Shown: positions 1 through 15,000 of the stretch, one piece after another
How the letters are laid out: every line of letters starts with the position of its first letter
How positions within the stretch are numbered: position 1 is the stretch's first letter
Source of the DNA: a bacterium
GTDB lineage: Bacteria > UBA9089 > CG2-30-40-21 > SBAY01
Direction of reading: 5' to 3'
NCBI GenBank assembly: GCA_040757115.1
Contig: JBFLYA010000001.1
Span: forward strand, 6,526 to 70,525
Length of the DNA stretch: 64,000 nucleotides
Position numbers and translations under genes: made by a program
The notes under the pieces: generated by a model
The model's input: only the letters and a program-made list of their open reading frames with translations
Database searches by the model: none
Told to the model about the DNA's origin: nothing

Positions 1-3000
1 GTAAAGGTAGTAATGAATTTACCATTTGGTTCTGTCGTTACTTTAGTAATAGTCCTGGTAGTCCCAAAGTCAATCTGGATAAGTTCAGTCGCATAAAATC
101 CTGTGCCAATAATACTAACAATAGTCCCTACTGTCCCCCTATCTGGACTTACCACAGCAATTTCCTGGAAGATAAAGATATATCTTGTATCCTGTTTGCC
201 TGAATCAAGTCCCATAGGTGTAACCGAAGTTGTCCCATAAACCTGGGTATCAATGGTAAATGTAGTATAGAATCTTCCCTGTGCATCTGTTGAAATTGTA
301 GTAATAGTTAATGTCCTACCAAAATCAATTTGAATAAGTTCTGGTTGTGCAGGATTACTTTCTGGATTATATCCTTTCCCTTCTATAGTAATGATTGTTC
401 CCACTGTTCCTTCAGTTGGAGCAAGTAGAGAGATACCAGGTCTGATAAGGAAAGAGGTATAGGCACATTCTTCTGAAGGAATACCTCTAACAGTTACGGT
501 AATCCTACCCGATTGTTCATCAACGGTGAAATTAGCAATAAATTCACCAATGCCATTGGAGGTAGAAGTAGTAATAGTAAGTGTCGTACCAAACTGGACA
601 AATATATCCTCAGTCGCACCATAACCATTACCCCTTAGAGTAACAACAGTTCCCACTGGACCACTATCATACCAGATACTGGTTACATTACCTCTAACTG
701 CAAAGAAGTTTGCGGCGGAAGTATTCTTATCTCTCGCCACAACCGTCTTTGTAGCGGCAATCTGAGTATCGATAGTAAATGTGGTTCTAAATTGACCATT
801 CCAATCAGATGAGGTAATAGTAATGGTAGAATGTGTACCAAAATCTATACCAATTAACTCACTGACACCATACCCCGTGCCTTCTATAGTAACTATACTA
901 CCAACCGACCCTTGTGAAGGTGAAACAACCGTTACCCGACCTGTAATCGTAAATGACCCTAATGCGACTAAAGTGGTCTCAGAACCTGTAGCCTTAATTG
1001 TTGTTCGACCATAAGGCTGAGTATCTACGGTAAATGTAGTTGAGAATGTTCCCAAACTATTAGTCAAACCAATTCCTACAGTTCTACTGGTTCCAAAATC
1101 AATATAAATCGTCTCCGTCCTGCCAAATCCATCGCCTACAACGGTAACAATAGTTCCCAATGAACCCGAAGTAGGTGTAACCTTAATAATATTTCCATAA
1201 ATGAACAATGTCTTTTCATTCACCAGCCCCATTCTTAATCCAGTTGCCCGAACAGTAGTGCTTCCGGCAGGTTGTGTATCAATGGTAAATGTCGTGGTAA
1301 AAGTCCCTCTGATATTTGTTGTCACCGTAGTTATGGTTAGGAATGTTCCAAAATCAATCTGGATAAGCTCACTGGCATCAAAACCATTACCTCTCACGAT
1401 AATCTTTGTTCCCACAGAACCTCTATCTGGTGAAACTAAACTAATCTCGCCAACAATGAAGAAATTCTCCACAAAAATGTATCCTGCATTCCCTGTAGTA
1501 TTTCCACGATCAGTAATAGTCTTGGTTCCTGCAGGTTGTGTATTAACCGTAAATGTAACCGCATAGGTTCCAAAATTACTACAGTTAGTTTTGACAATAT
1601 AATTGCTATAAGGTGACTGATATGCATGATCAAAAATACCAAAGAAAAGTTTTACCTCTTCATTCTCCTTCCAGTGACCATTTCCAACCACCGTAACGAT
1701 GCAGCCAACAGAACCACGATTAGGTGTTACTAAAACAATTCTTGGGGTAACAAAGAACAGTCCTTGTTTAACACTTGCCTGCCCGGTGAAGATACCTGTA
1801 GCGACAATAGTGTTGAGATAATAAAGTTGCGTATCCACGCTAAATGTAGTCTCAAATTCACCACGATAATTAGAAGAAGTAAGAGCAATCGTCACCGTTG
1901 TCCCAAAACTTATTCTCACAAGTTCTGACTTTCCATATCCATTTCCTTTTACGGTAACAACTGTCCATGCAGGACCTTTTGTCGGTGTAATAAAGGTAAT
2001 TTCTGGAATAATCACAAATGGGTCCTCGGCAATTTGACCCGAACCTTCACCAGTAGCAATGATACTTGTCGTGCCATAAATCTGGGTATCAATACTAAAC
2101 ACCACCGTAAACGAACCAATCGTATCCGTAGTAGTTATTGTCATTGTCTTAGTTGTGCCAAAATCGATAAATATTCGCTCCTGCACACCATAGCCATTAC
2201 CTGCAACAGTAACAAACGACCCTACTGTTCCAGAAGGCGGTGAAATCAGAGTAATATTTCCTGTAATAACCATGAAATTCAAAGTCTCTTGAAGTGATGC
2301 ACCAGCACCTTTGGCAAAAATCGTTGTTGTGCCAAAAGGTTGAGTGGTAACGGTAAATGTGGTGGAGAAAGTCCCACCCAGCTGAGTTGGGGTAGCAGTA
2401 GTCGTCCCCACAAAATATTGCGTGGAAGTTCCTTTACCAAAATAAACACCTACATTCTCATTAGCACTATAACCATCACCCCAAATAATAACAATTGTTC
2501 CTACACTACCACTCGTAGGTGAGACTTGGTAAATTCGACCAACTATTCTGAAGTAATTGAACTTCTGTTGAGAAAAACTCGAAGCACATATAGTTGTAAA
2601 ACCATAAATTTGGGTGTTGACTGTAAATGCAGTTGAAAATGTCCCTGTAGGTGTAGTCCATGTTTTCACAATTGCTGATATCTCTCCAAAATGAATCATT
2701 ACTTCTTCTGATGCTTTATACCCATCACCTTTGACCGTGACAATTGTTCCAATTGTTCCTGATTCTGGACTAACTAAAATGATATTACCTACGAGAGTAA
2801 AATCAGGACTAAGTGTTATCGTTCCTGAAGAAATATACCCAAATATACTTATTGTCTTTGCACCATACACCTGGGTATCAACCGTAAAGGTCACCCGGAA
2901 AGAACCATCATTTGAAGAAGTTGTCGTTGCAATTGGTAATGTAGTTCCAAATTTAACTTCAATCGTCTCTGAACCACTAAATCCACAACCTTCTATAGTT

Positions 3001-6000
3001 ACTATTGTTCCTACACTACCATAGGTAGGTGAATATAATGTTATGCCACGATTAATCACAAAATAGACTGTATCTTTATTTTGCGTCGTCAATCCTGTTA
3101 CCATAACAGTAGTCGTTCCTGAAGGTTGAGTATCGACAGTAAAAGTTAAACTAAATGTCCCTAATGTACTTGAAGTTACTGTAGTTATAGTCTTATTTAT
3201 CCCAAAATCAACTCTGACAGATTCTCTCTCTCCAAAACCATTACCTTCTATAGTCACCGTTTCCCCGACTAACCCTGATGTTGGATAGAAGTAAATAATT
3301 TTACCATCTATATAGAAGGTATTCTTATAATAAGGATTATTCAGTGTTGTGGAACCCATATTTCTTCCAACTACAGTAATCGTTACCGTCCCACCTATCT
3401 GGGTATTAACCGTAAATGAATAAGCGAATGTTCCTCCTACTGATATTTGGAACGGATTATTTTGAATGGGCTTAAAAGTACCAAACATAACAAGGACAGA
3501 TTGACCGTTTCCCATATGTGAACAATACCCATCTCCAAAGACAGTAATTAGCGTCCCAACAATCCCATGCGATGGAGAAACAAGAGATACCCTACTCAAA
3601 ATTCTGAATGTTACCGAATATGACCCGGTTGAATTTACTCCTGATGCGGTCACAGTTTTAGAACCCCAGGTACCTTCCACTAAGGTTGCTGGTTGAGTAT
3701 CAACCGTGAAATAAGTAGAGAATGTCCCGTAGGCATTTGTGGTTGCAAAGGCTATACTTACCGTACTACCAAAACTAATCCTTACCTGCTCTGTCGCACC
3801 ATATCCATCACCGACCACCGTTACTCGAGTCCATTCTATCGGTCCTGACTTAGGCGTTAAGGTAATAATCTTGGAAAGGATAAAGAAGGTATCACACGCC
3901 TCCCGCGTTCGAGAAGGATCATCACCCTCACTCTTCCATACATTCCACGCAAGTATTGTCGTTAGACCATAAGGTTGTGTATCTATAATAAAGTTAAATG
4001 TAAAGACACCTTTACTATCTACTTGCACTTCTTTATATTCTATCTGAGGAACAGTACCAAAATCAACCTTTACATACTCAGAGGCGATAAATCCATCACC
4101 CATAACCGTAATGTATGTTCCTACAGTGCCTATATTAGGTGAAACTAAAATAATATGTGGGGTTATCTTAAATTTCAAGTAGTCATATCCAGGACTATAT
4201 GAATTAATTACCTGACCTGAATTCAAACCTCGGACTTCCATCGTCTTTGTCCCATAAGGTTGAACATTTATCGTAAATATAGTTGTCCATGAACCATACG
4301 CATTAGTGGTAACTAAATTAATCGTCGGCGTATTTCCTAAACTTATACGGATAGTTTCAGTTGCTCCAAATCCTGTCCCTTCAATCGTTACATAAGTTCC
4401 TACACTACCTATTCTTGGAGTATATAAGGTAATCTCGGGAATTATCTTAAAGGTAGTCTCTCTTACTTGCTGTGTCTTTATCCCGATAACTTTAATAGTC
4501 GTAGTGCCATAGATTTGTGTATCAACCGTAAATTCAGCACTAAACTCACCACTAACATTTGTTGTCGTAGAAACAATAGTAACCGTCGTGCCAAAATCAA
4601 TTTGAATTACTTCACTCAAACCATAACCATTACCTGTTACCATAACTCGAGTATTTACTATTCCTTGAGCAGGATTAACCTGGGTAATATTAGGTCTAAT
4701 ATGGAAGAAATTAATACTATATTCCCTATGAGTATTTCCTGTAACTGTAATAGTTGTCGTCCCATACGGCTGAGGGATATTTGGATTAAATTCAATATCA
4801 CTCCGTTCACCTATCACTGAAACCTCATATGGAGAACCCCCAACACTAATTAAAGTTCCAAAATCAACTTGCACCTGCTCTTCTATCCCATAACCGGTTA
4901 CAGCTATTCGTATCTTATAATTACCAATTGTTCCATACATAGGAGTAACAGATGGAATAGATGGTATGATACGGAAATAGTCGTGCTGGTCTTCCCCTGA
5001 AATGATACCAAAAACTCTAACTGTCTTTGTTCCTAAATACTGCGTATCCACCGTAAATGTTGCTGCGAACACTCCATCATTATTTGAGCTAACTAAGGTA
5101 ATACTTCTGGTTGTCCCAAAATCAATCTGGATAGTTTCACTTATGCCATAACCATTACCGGATATGCTTATCATCGTACTTACCGAACCTATTCTCGGTG
5201 CAAGATAGGTCAATGATTTATAAATCACAACTGTAGTTATTGTGCTGGCAAAGCTATTTAACCCAATACCAGTAACCGTAGTTGTTCCAGCAGGTTGGGT
5301 ATCAATCGTAAATGATACGGTAAATGTCCCGATTTCATTACTTGTAGTCCTCGTAATAGTCGAAGTCCTACCAAAATTAATCACTACTGGTTCCAACTTA
5401 TCATACCCTGTCCCAAATACTGTAACTATCGTACCTACACTTCCCTCTACAGGCTGAACAAATATCTTTGGCATAATCATAAATGAAACCTCTCTCTCGA
5501 ACTGACCACCCCTGGCTATGACAGTCTTTGAACCATATATTTGAGTATCAACCGTCCATACTGTCCAGAATGTTCCTAATTCATTAGTTTTAGTTCCAGC
5601 TTCGGTATATGGTTTTCTATCTCCAAACCAAATATCAATACTTTCTGTTACTCTATACCCTGTCCCATGCAGGCTAACAAGGCTACCTACCGTCCCGGCA
5701 ACTGGTGAAATAACAATATTAGGTAAAACACGATAAGATGTATCTTCTGCAAATTTATTGCTTTCATCACTTGCCGTTATCTTTACTGAACCATAAGGCA
5801 CATCTTGTGAAGTAAATGTAGTGGTAAAGGAACCTGTATTATCCGCCGAAGTCTGTGTAATCGTTAGATAATGTCCAAAATCTATCCTTATGGTATGATT
5901 GGGACCAAAACCGGTTCCTTTAACCATAATAATCGTCCCAATTGTGCCTTCACCTGGCGAAACTAAAGTAATACCTTGAACTATCTCAAAGAAATTAATC

Positions 6001-9000
6001 GCACAGACACCTGATGGTGTGCCCTTAGCTGTAATAGTATTCGTGCCGTTCGACTGTGGTTGAATCTCAAATGATGTATTAAATTCACCATCAAAATTAG
6101 AAGTAGTTGTTGCCATTGGTATAAGATTCTGTGGCCAATAAACCTCAACTAATTCTGATGACCCATAACCATTACCTTGAACACTAACTATTGTCCCTAC
6201 AGGTCCTTGAACAGGTGAAACAATGGTTATCTTTGGACCAATAGTGAAATAATTAACGGCTTCCTGTTTTGGAGCATTCACCTCATAAGCCAATACCGTT
6301 GCTGTTCCAGCAGGTTGTGTATCAATAGTAAATGTTACTGTAATAGTCCCATTACCTGAAGACGTAGTATTAGCCTTATCCATAACCGTATTATGCGGGT
6401 CTATCTCTGTCCCAAATTGAATCTTGACCGGTTGATTATTTCTATAGCCACTACCATATACTGTTACTACTAATCCAACTGTACCAGAAGATGGTGAAAT
6501 CCTATAGATATTAGCAATAATCTTAAATGATGCTGTGGCTACCTCTAAAGAAAGCGTCCCTGTCGCCATAACTAATTTAGGAGAATGCGAACTATCCACA
6601 GGCTGTGTATCTACGGTAAAGATAGTATCAAATGACCCATTATGAATTGTCGAAACAGTCGTAATCGTTCGTGTCCATCCAAAACCTATGACTACTAACT
6701 CTGATGCACTGTAACCATTTCCTTTAATGGTTACAACAGTAGTTACTGGACCAGTAGTCGGTGTAATTAAATAAATATTAGATTTAATAGTCAGTGTGCC
6801 ATAAGGATTACTGCCTGAATCTATTCCCGTTGCCCGCACTGTTGTTATTCCAACGGGTTGGGTATCGATAGTAAATGTCGTGTTAAAGTAACCTGCCGCA
6901 TCGGTACTGGTAACATTTATACTCTTTGTCGTCCCAAAATCTATCCGTATACACTCACTACCTCTAAATCCATCCCCTTGCACGATAATTATAGTTCCCA
7001 CAGTGCCGGTCTTTGGCGAAATTACCTTTACGGTTGCCTGAACGGTAAAGGTTCCACTTGCCTCTTTACTGGTATTTATTCCAACTGCTTTAATCGTAGT
7101 TATCCCTACTGATTGGAGATCAACCGTGAAAACTGCAGTGAACGAACCATAGGCAGTAGTTGTAATAAAGGTAATCGTAGGTGTTGTGCCAAAGTGAATA
7201 TGTATTGGCTCTGTTGCACCAAATCCATTCCCTCTTACCATGACAGGTATTCCTATTGTCCCATCTTTAGGCTGAATCAGGATAATATTAGGCAAGATAG
7301 TGATCGTGCCTACTGCCTCTTCACTTCCCTTTGCCTTGACGGTAGTTACGCCATAAGGTTGGGTATTAATGGTAAAGGTAGTTGTCCAGCTTCCTTCTGC
7401 CACGCTGGATGCCAATCGAATATTAGAGTTAGTCCCAAAATCTATATGAATTGTCTTGGATGCCCCATAACCATTTCCACTTAGAGTTATGATTGTCCCT
7501 ACTGTTCCTTCTTTTGGAGTAATGGAAATGATATTGGATGAAATACTAATTGTGCCTTTATCTGAAATCCCATCTCCAGAAGCAACAATCGTTGTTATAC
7601 CATAAGGCTGGGTATCTATGGTAAAGGTAGTGGTAAATGAACCCTCGGCATAAGCAGATACAAATTGAATACTCCTTGTCGTCCCAAAGTCTATTTGAAC
7701 CGTTTCAGATGCTCTATATCCATTACCTCGTAAAGTAATAATTGTCCCTATCGTTCCTTCGGTTGGCGAGATAAAGATAATCTTTGGTTCAATTCTAAAT
7801 TTAACCTCGTAGGTAATCGTTCCTCCACACGCCCTAACTGTGGTCCAGCCATAAGGTTGGGTATTAATCGTAAAGGTAGTTGTAAAACTGCCACCTGCAC
7901 TGGTAGAAACAGTGGTTATAGTTTGTGTCGTCCCAAAATTAACATAAACCGTATCATTCCCACAATAACCATCTCCAGATACGGTAACTATTATTCCTAC
8001 TGTGCCGGAGGTTGGAGTAATATACACTAAGTTCTGTTTAATAAATGTATTATCAATGGCAAATATACCCAGGGCATCATTATAGGCTATAATAGTCGTC
8101 CGTCCATAAGGTTGGGTATTAATGGTGAATGTGGTTGAGAAACTGCCGTAGGCATCTGTTGAGGTAAAGGTAATACTTGGTGTCGTGCCAAATTTTATAC
8201 GAATAGTTTGACTGGCTCCAAATCCATTACCGGTTATGGTTACGATTAACCCTACCGTTCCTTCTGTTGGTGTAACTCCTGTAATAGCAGGTTCTATTCT
8301 GAAAGTAATATAAGCCGGATAATTCGAGTTCAATCCTGTTGCTTTAATCGTTGTCGTCCCATATTTCTGGGTATCGATAGTAAAGGTAACCGTAATTGAC
8401 CCTGATTCTACGGCAGTAACTGTATTAATGGTCAGGGTAGTTCCAAAATCTATCTGCACTAATTCATTACTCAGATAACCATTTCCATAGAGAGTAACTA
8501 TCGTGCCTACAGTTCCCGCGGTGGGAGTAATCTGGACTAACTTCGGTGCTATCTTAAACAGTAACGAATATGCCGATGTGCCGGTATTTATTCCCCAGAC
8601 GGTAATAGTAGTCGTCCCAATTCGTTGAACATCTACGGTGAAGGTAGTTGAGAACGACCCACATCCTTCTGAAGTAATCATAGTAATAGTCTGATTAGTT
8701 CCAAATTGAATTTGCACTGACTCATTACCACCAAATCCATTACCTGCTACCGTAACCACACTACCAACTGTTCCTTCTGTTGGTGTAACTAAAATAATAT
8801 TCGGTCCAATAAAATAGGTATTGCTTGCAGATACATCTCCCTCTTCCATATCAACGGCAACAACCGTTGTCGTTCCATAAGGTTGAGTATCAACTGTAAA
8901 TGTCGTTGAGAAACTACCTTGTGCATAAGTTGAGGTCATAGTAATAGTCTTATTTGTCCCAAAGAGAATATGAATGGTATGACTGGCGCCAAAACCATTA

Positions 9001-12000
9001 CCGGTTACCGTCACTGTAGAACCAACGGTGCCATTAGGTGGTATAACTGTAGTAACCTTTGGTTTTATGGTAAATGTCTCGATTGCAGAATTGAGTGGAC
9101 AGGTCGCCTTGATTGTAGTAACCCCACTTTGTTGGGTATTAACCGTAAAGGTAATTGTCCATGTCCCTGAAGCGTTAGCAGAAACCGTTGTAATTGACCT
9201 GGTAGTTCCAAAATCAATCCGCACGGTTGAAGCAGAACCAAAACCATCACCTTCTAATGTTACTATTGTCCCCACTGTGCCTTCTTTGGGTGTAGAGGTA
9301 TAGATTTTTGCCATTACATAGAAGATATTTGATGCTCGCTTTTCGTATTCAAGCATTTGTGCATATTTATATGAATTCCAGGCAGTAAATGTAGTTGTTC
9401 CTGCTGGCTGTTGAATATTAAAGTCATAGACCAAACTAAATGTCCCTGCCTGACTGGCATAAGTACCACCATAAGGAGGTGCTGGTGGTGTTACACTAGA
9501 ATCCGTACCATATATTGTCCCAAAATCAACATAAATCCCTTGACTTGCCGCATAGCCTGTGCCAAAGAGGGTAATTTGACTTCCCACCGTCCCTTTAGTC
9601 GGTGAAACCCAGACTAACTCTGGAATTATCTTGAATAAATCATCTACACCACCTGTATCATCATCTTCAAAACAAGAAGTTGTATCTGTGCCATAGATAG
9701 TCTTTGTTCCATAGGATTGGGTATCAACTGTCCATGTGCCATTAAATTCACCTCTATCCGTTGCCGTCGTAATCGCAATTGTTCGTGTCCAGCCAAATCC
9801 AATCAGCACCTCACCACCACCGGTATAACCATTACCCGAAACGGTAACTATAGTCCCTACCGTTCCCTTAATTGGAGTAATGCTAACAATATGTGGTACT
9901 ATTCGTAAGGTATCTGTAGCTTGTTCACGACCTGTAGGTTCTTTCGGACCGATAGCCATCGCTGTCGTTGTTCCAAAGACTTGAATGTCAATGGTAAATG
10001 TTTTCGTAAATGTCCCTGAGGCATTAGTCGTAGCAATAGTAATGGTGGAATTATTACCAAAGGCAATACGGATATTGCTATTTTCAGTATAACCTCTACC
10101 TTCAATCGTAATTGTTGTTCCTACGGTAGCAGACTTAGGTGTAAGTGTAGTAATTATCGGTAAGATAAAGAAGTAATTGCGTGCCCATTGTGCTGTGCTC
10201 AGACCAATAACCTTAATAGTTGTCGTGGCAAAAGGCTGAGGTATAGAAACTACACTCTGATCGAATTTTGCAGTAAATGTCCCTTCTGGAGAGACTCTCG
10301 GGTGAGTATCTGGCTCAATAATCACAAATCCCGTATTAGCAACTAAACCATACTCTGTCCCATAATCAATTGTTATATTTTCTCCATTTACACCATCTCT
10401 ACCAAAACCTGTTCCCTTAATAGTAATTATAGTTCCTATTGTCCCTGTAGTTGGACTAACCACAGTAATTTCTGGAATAAGAACAAAATATCTATACTGG
10501 TCAGGTCCTTTATTCCAGTATTCACCCCACTTATCTACTTCCTGAGTGTTAAGTCCTGTAGCCACAATCGTCTTGGTGCCAAAGTATTGGGTATTAACCG
10601 TAAAGATAGTAGCAAATGTCCCGGCATTGTTAGTTGAAACTGTGGTTATAGTTAAGGTTGTGCCTAAATCTATCTGCACTACCTCATTAGCACCATAACC
10701 ATCACCCTGAATAAGAATTGTATCTCCTACCTGTGCCTTCCATTTATCTGGCACATCAAAATGTGGCACTTCTACTTGCCGACTGATTAGTGTAATATGT
10801 GAATTTATCTTAAATAAGTCATCACTGCGATGATTATCCAGATCAAAGACATCAGCCGCCACAATTGTATGTGTCCCTGCCGGCTGTGTATTTACCGTAA
10901 AGGTAATACTGAATGTTCCACAGGCATTTGTCTTTGTTTCGGTAATAGTGGTAGTCTGACCAAATGTTACCCGCACGGTAGCCGTAGCCGCATAACCATC
11001 ACCAGCTATAGTTACAATTGTTCCTACAGACTGTGCCCTTGGTGTAACCAACCAGATATGCGAAATTATCTTAAAGGAATCTACATCCCTATATTCATCT
11101 TTATCAAAGTCATTGTATCCCATCCCTCCTGGTATCATACGAAATGCCTTAATAGTTGTCGTCCCATAAGATTGTGAATTAACATTAAATGTAATTGAAA
11201 ATGTCCCATTATAATTTGCAGTCTGTTGGATTATTGCCCAGCTAGTCCCAAACTCTATCGTTACTGTCCCCTGACGATGATAACCATTTCCATAAACTGT
11301 AATTGGCAATCCTACCGTCCCCACAGTAGCGGTAACATAAACAATATTATGCGTAATCTTGAAATAAGTATGATATTGTGTAGTAGTCCGTTCCCCGACT
11401 GCATTGACCGTATGTGTTCCATAGCATTGTTCATCAACCGTCCATTGTGTTATAAAACTACCATTGCCTGCTGCAGTTACCGTTGTAATACTCATATTTG
11501 TCCCAAATTCTATACGAATAAGTTCACTACCACCATAACCTGTTCCACTTACCTCTACTACAGTTCCCACTGTTCCGGTAAGAGGTGTAATACTAATTCC
11601 AGGGATAATTATAAAGTAATCATAATCCTTTGTAATCTGACCTGTGGCTGTAATAGTAGTTGTTCCCACAGGTTGAGTATCAACCACAAATGTGGCACTA
11701 AATGTTCCATTAGGTCCGGCAGTAGACATAGTAATACTTATATGTGTTCCAAAATCAATCTGGACAATTTCACTTGCCAGATAACCACTTCCTATGATAG
11801 TAACTTGAGTCCCTACTTGCCCTGAAGGAGGAATTACACTTATAATTTCTGCCTTTATAAAGAAGTTATTAAATGCCTCTTGTTTAGACATACCTTCAAG
11901 TGTTCCTCTACTTCTTACCGTAGTAGTTCCTGCTGGTTGAGTATTAATAGTGAATATATAAGTAAACTGTCCAATACCATTACATGTAGTTATTATATTA

Positions 12001-15000
12001 AATTCAACTGTAGTTCCAAACTTAATTTTTAGCTCATCCCCTGCATCATAACCATCACCATAAATTGTTACCCGACTTCCTACTGTCCCTTGTGTTGGCG
12101 AAACGGTATGAATCCTGGCGATAATGGTGAAACTACCCATCAAAACTCGCCCTGATGTGAGTCCTGTTACCACAACACTCTTTGTCCCAAAAGTCTGCAC
12201 ATCAACCGTAAATGTCAATGAGAAACTACCGTATGCATCTGAAGTGGTAATAGTTATAGTCGAATTAACCCCAAACCTGACATGAATGGTCTCTGTTGCT
12301 TCAAATCCATCACCCGTAATAGTAACCACTGTCGTTACTGTCCCTATGGTTGGGGTAAATAGTGTAAATTGCGATAAAATATTAAATGTCCCGCTTGCCT
12401 GCTGACCTGTATTTATGCCTCTTGCAGTAATCGTTGTCCAGCCATATCGTTGAGGATTGATAGTAAATGTAGTGCTAAATGAACCTGAATCAGTCGTCCT
12501 GGTAACAATGATACTCACCGTCGTTCCAAAATCAACCTGTATCTCTTCACTCGCTCCAAACCCACTACCGGCTACTGTAACGATTGACCCAACAGTATTG
12601 GCTTGTGGCTCAACCTTGAATATCTCTGGCTTGATAACTATCAACCGATAATCTTGCACCAAATCAACCTCATTTATATCTGTGGCAATAATGGTTGTCG
12701 TGCCGTAAGGTTGCGTATTGATTGTGAAGGTAATTGTCCATGAACCCTGCGGTTTAGAGATAACCGTTGTAATCGTCTTTGTCGTTCCAAAGTCAATCTG
12801 AATAGTATGAGTTGCACCAAATCCATTACCGCTTACCATAATAATCGTTCCTACTGTGCCTTCTATTGGACTGTAATAAATAATTTGTGGCAAAATAGTA
12901 ATGGTAGCAATTGCCTCCTCACTTCCTCTTGCCTTGATAGTCGTAATTCCATATCTCTGTGTATCGATAGTAAATGTAGTTGTAAAGCTGCCTTCGGCAT
13001 AAGTTGAGGTAACTTGAATACTTGGCGTTGTCCCAAAGTCAAGATGAACTATCTTGTATGCCCCATAACCATTGCCTTTAACCGTGATAATTGCACCGAC
13101 AGTCCCTGATGTTGGTGTAAGAGAGATAACATTTGACTCGATACTTAAAGTCCCTTCTGCCTTTATTACTTTACTATCGCTATGAGCAACAACAGTAGTA
13201 ATTCCGTAGTGTTGGGTATCAATGGTAAAGGTAGTAGTGAAGCTACCTTCGGCATAAGTTGAGGTAGTTTGAATAGTTAGTGTTTTTCCAAACTCTATCC
13301 GAATGATGGTTGAGGCATCGTAACCATTACCTCTAATAGTAATTATCGTCCCTACAGTTCCAGAGGTAGGTGAAATAAGAATGATATTCGGTAGAACAGT
13401 TACACTGCCATAGCGATGTAATCCCTGGTCATCTCCATGAGCACCTACTGTCGTTGTGCCATAAGGCTGCGTATCAATAGTAAATGTTGTGGAGAAACTT
13501 CCTTGTGCATAGGTTGAGGTAAGTTGAATAGTCGGTGTAGTTCCAAATTCTATCCTTATTGTCCTTGAGTTGCCATAGCCATTACCACAAATAGTAATGA
13601 TTGTTCCAACCGTGCCTTGCGTTGGTGACAGGTAGATGATATTGGGTAATATAGTAAGAGTCTTTTCTGCATTAATACCATCGCCATGTCCCTTTACTGT
13701 AGTTGTCCCATAGGGTTGAGTATCAATAGTAAATGTGGTAGTGAAGCTACCTTCGTCATAAGTTGAAGTAAGTTTAATAGTTGGTGTTCTCCCAAACTCT
13801 ATACGAATCCTTCTATAAGCCTCAAAACCATCACCCCTCACTATAACTACCGTTCCAACTGTCCCTGTATTTGCGGTAACATAAACGATATTTGGCAGGA
13901 TAAAGAATGTCAGGTTATCGGCATCGGCACCGGTAGTCATACCTGTTGCTTTAATCGTTGTCACACCATAAGGTTGTGTATTGATGGTAAAGGTAGTAGT
14001 GAAGCTACCTTCTAACTCTGCTGTCACAGTGGTAATCGTCATTGTCGTGCCAAAATCTACCTGGATTAACTCACCTGCTTTATATCCACCACCGCGTAAT
14101 GTAACTACTACACCGACAGTTCCTTGAGTTGCAGTTACTGACACTAATTGCGGCTTAATCACATACTCAAACTTCCAACTGCTCTTGCCAGTCATAACCC
14201 CAATTGCCTCAATAGTCGTCGTGCCTATCGGTTGAGTATCAACCGTAAAAGTAGTGGTGAAGCTACCGCAGTATTCTGCAGAAACTAAGGTAATTGTCTC
14301 TGTCGTTCCAAACTTAATTCTTACTAACTCACTTGAACCATAACCATTACCTCTAACTGTAACTACACTTCCTACTATGCCTTCTTTTGGCGTAATTAGT
14401 ATAATCTCTGGAATAATTCTGAGTCTATCATCATCTGAGGCAATATCTCCTGCAATAGCCTGGACATCCACTGCCACAATGGTCGTCGTGCCATAAGGCT
14501 GTGTATCAATGGTGAAGGTGGTTGAGAAACTACCGTGTGCATAAGTAGAAGTCATAGTAATCGTTTGATTAGTTCCAAAGAGAATATGAATGGTATGACT
14601 GGCGCCAAAACCATTACCTGTAACCGTAACTATTGTCCCTACTGTAGCTACCGCAGGAGTAACTGAAGTAATAACAGGTTTAATTCTAAATGATTCCGTA
14701 GCAAAGTTAAGTGGACAGGTAGCAGTAATTAAGGTATTACCACTCTGTTGCGTATTAACCGTAAAGGTAATGGTAAATGTTCCTGAGGCATTAGCAGAAA
14801 CCGTAGTAATAGACCTGGTAGTTCCAAAATCAATCCGCACGGTTGTAGCAGACCCAAAACCATCACCTTCTAATGTTACTATCGTCCCCACTGTGCCTTG
14901 TTTCGGTGTAGATGTATAGATTTTTGCCATCACATAGAAGATATTCGATGCCTTCTTATCATCACCTTGTGGTATCGCGTGAGTATATGAATTCCAGGCA

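Noticed and set aside
11226-11825. Plus-strand ORFs in the supplied track, for example 11226-11825 (199 aa), 47433-47885 (150 aa), 60075-60476 (133 aa) and 51381-51764 (127 aa), and all other plus-strand ORFs
   Set aside because: They are antisense shadows of the minus-strand giant gene. Many contain the recurrent antisense motif VTIVPTVPS(V/L)G, which is the reverse-strand reading of the conserved PTxGTVGTIVT region, or low-complexity Cys/Arg/Asn-rich peptides. None has the ~83-aa periodic conservation of the sense frame.
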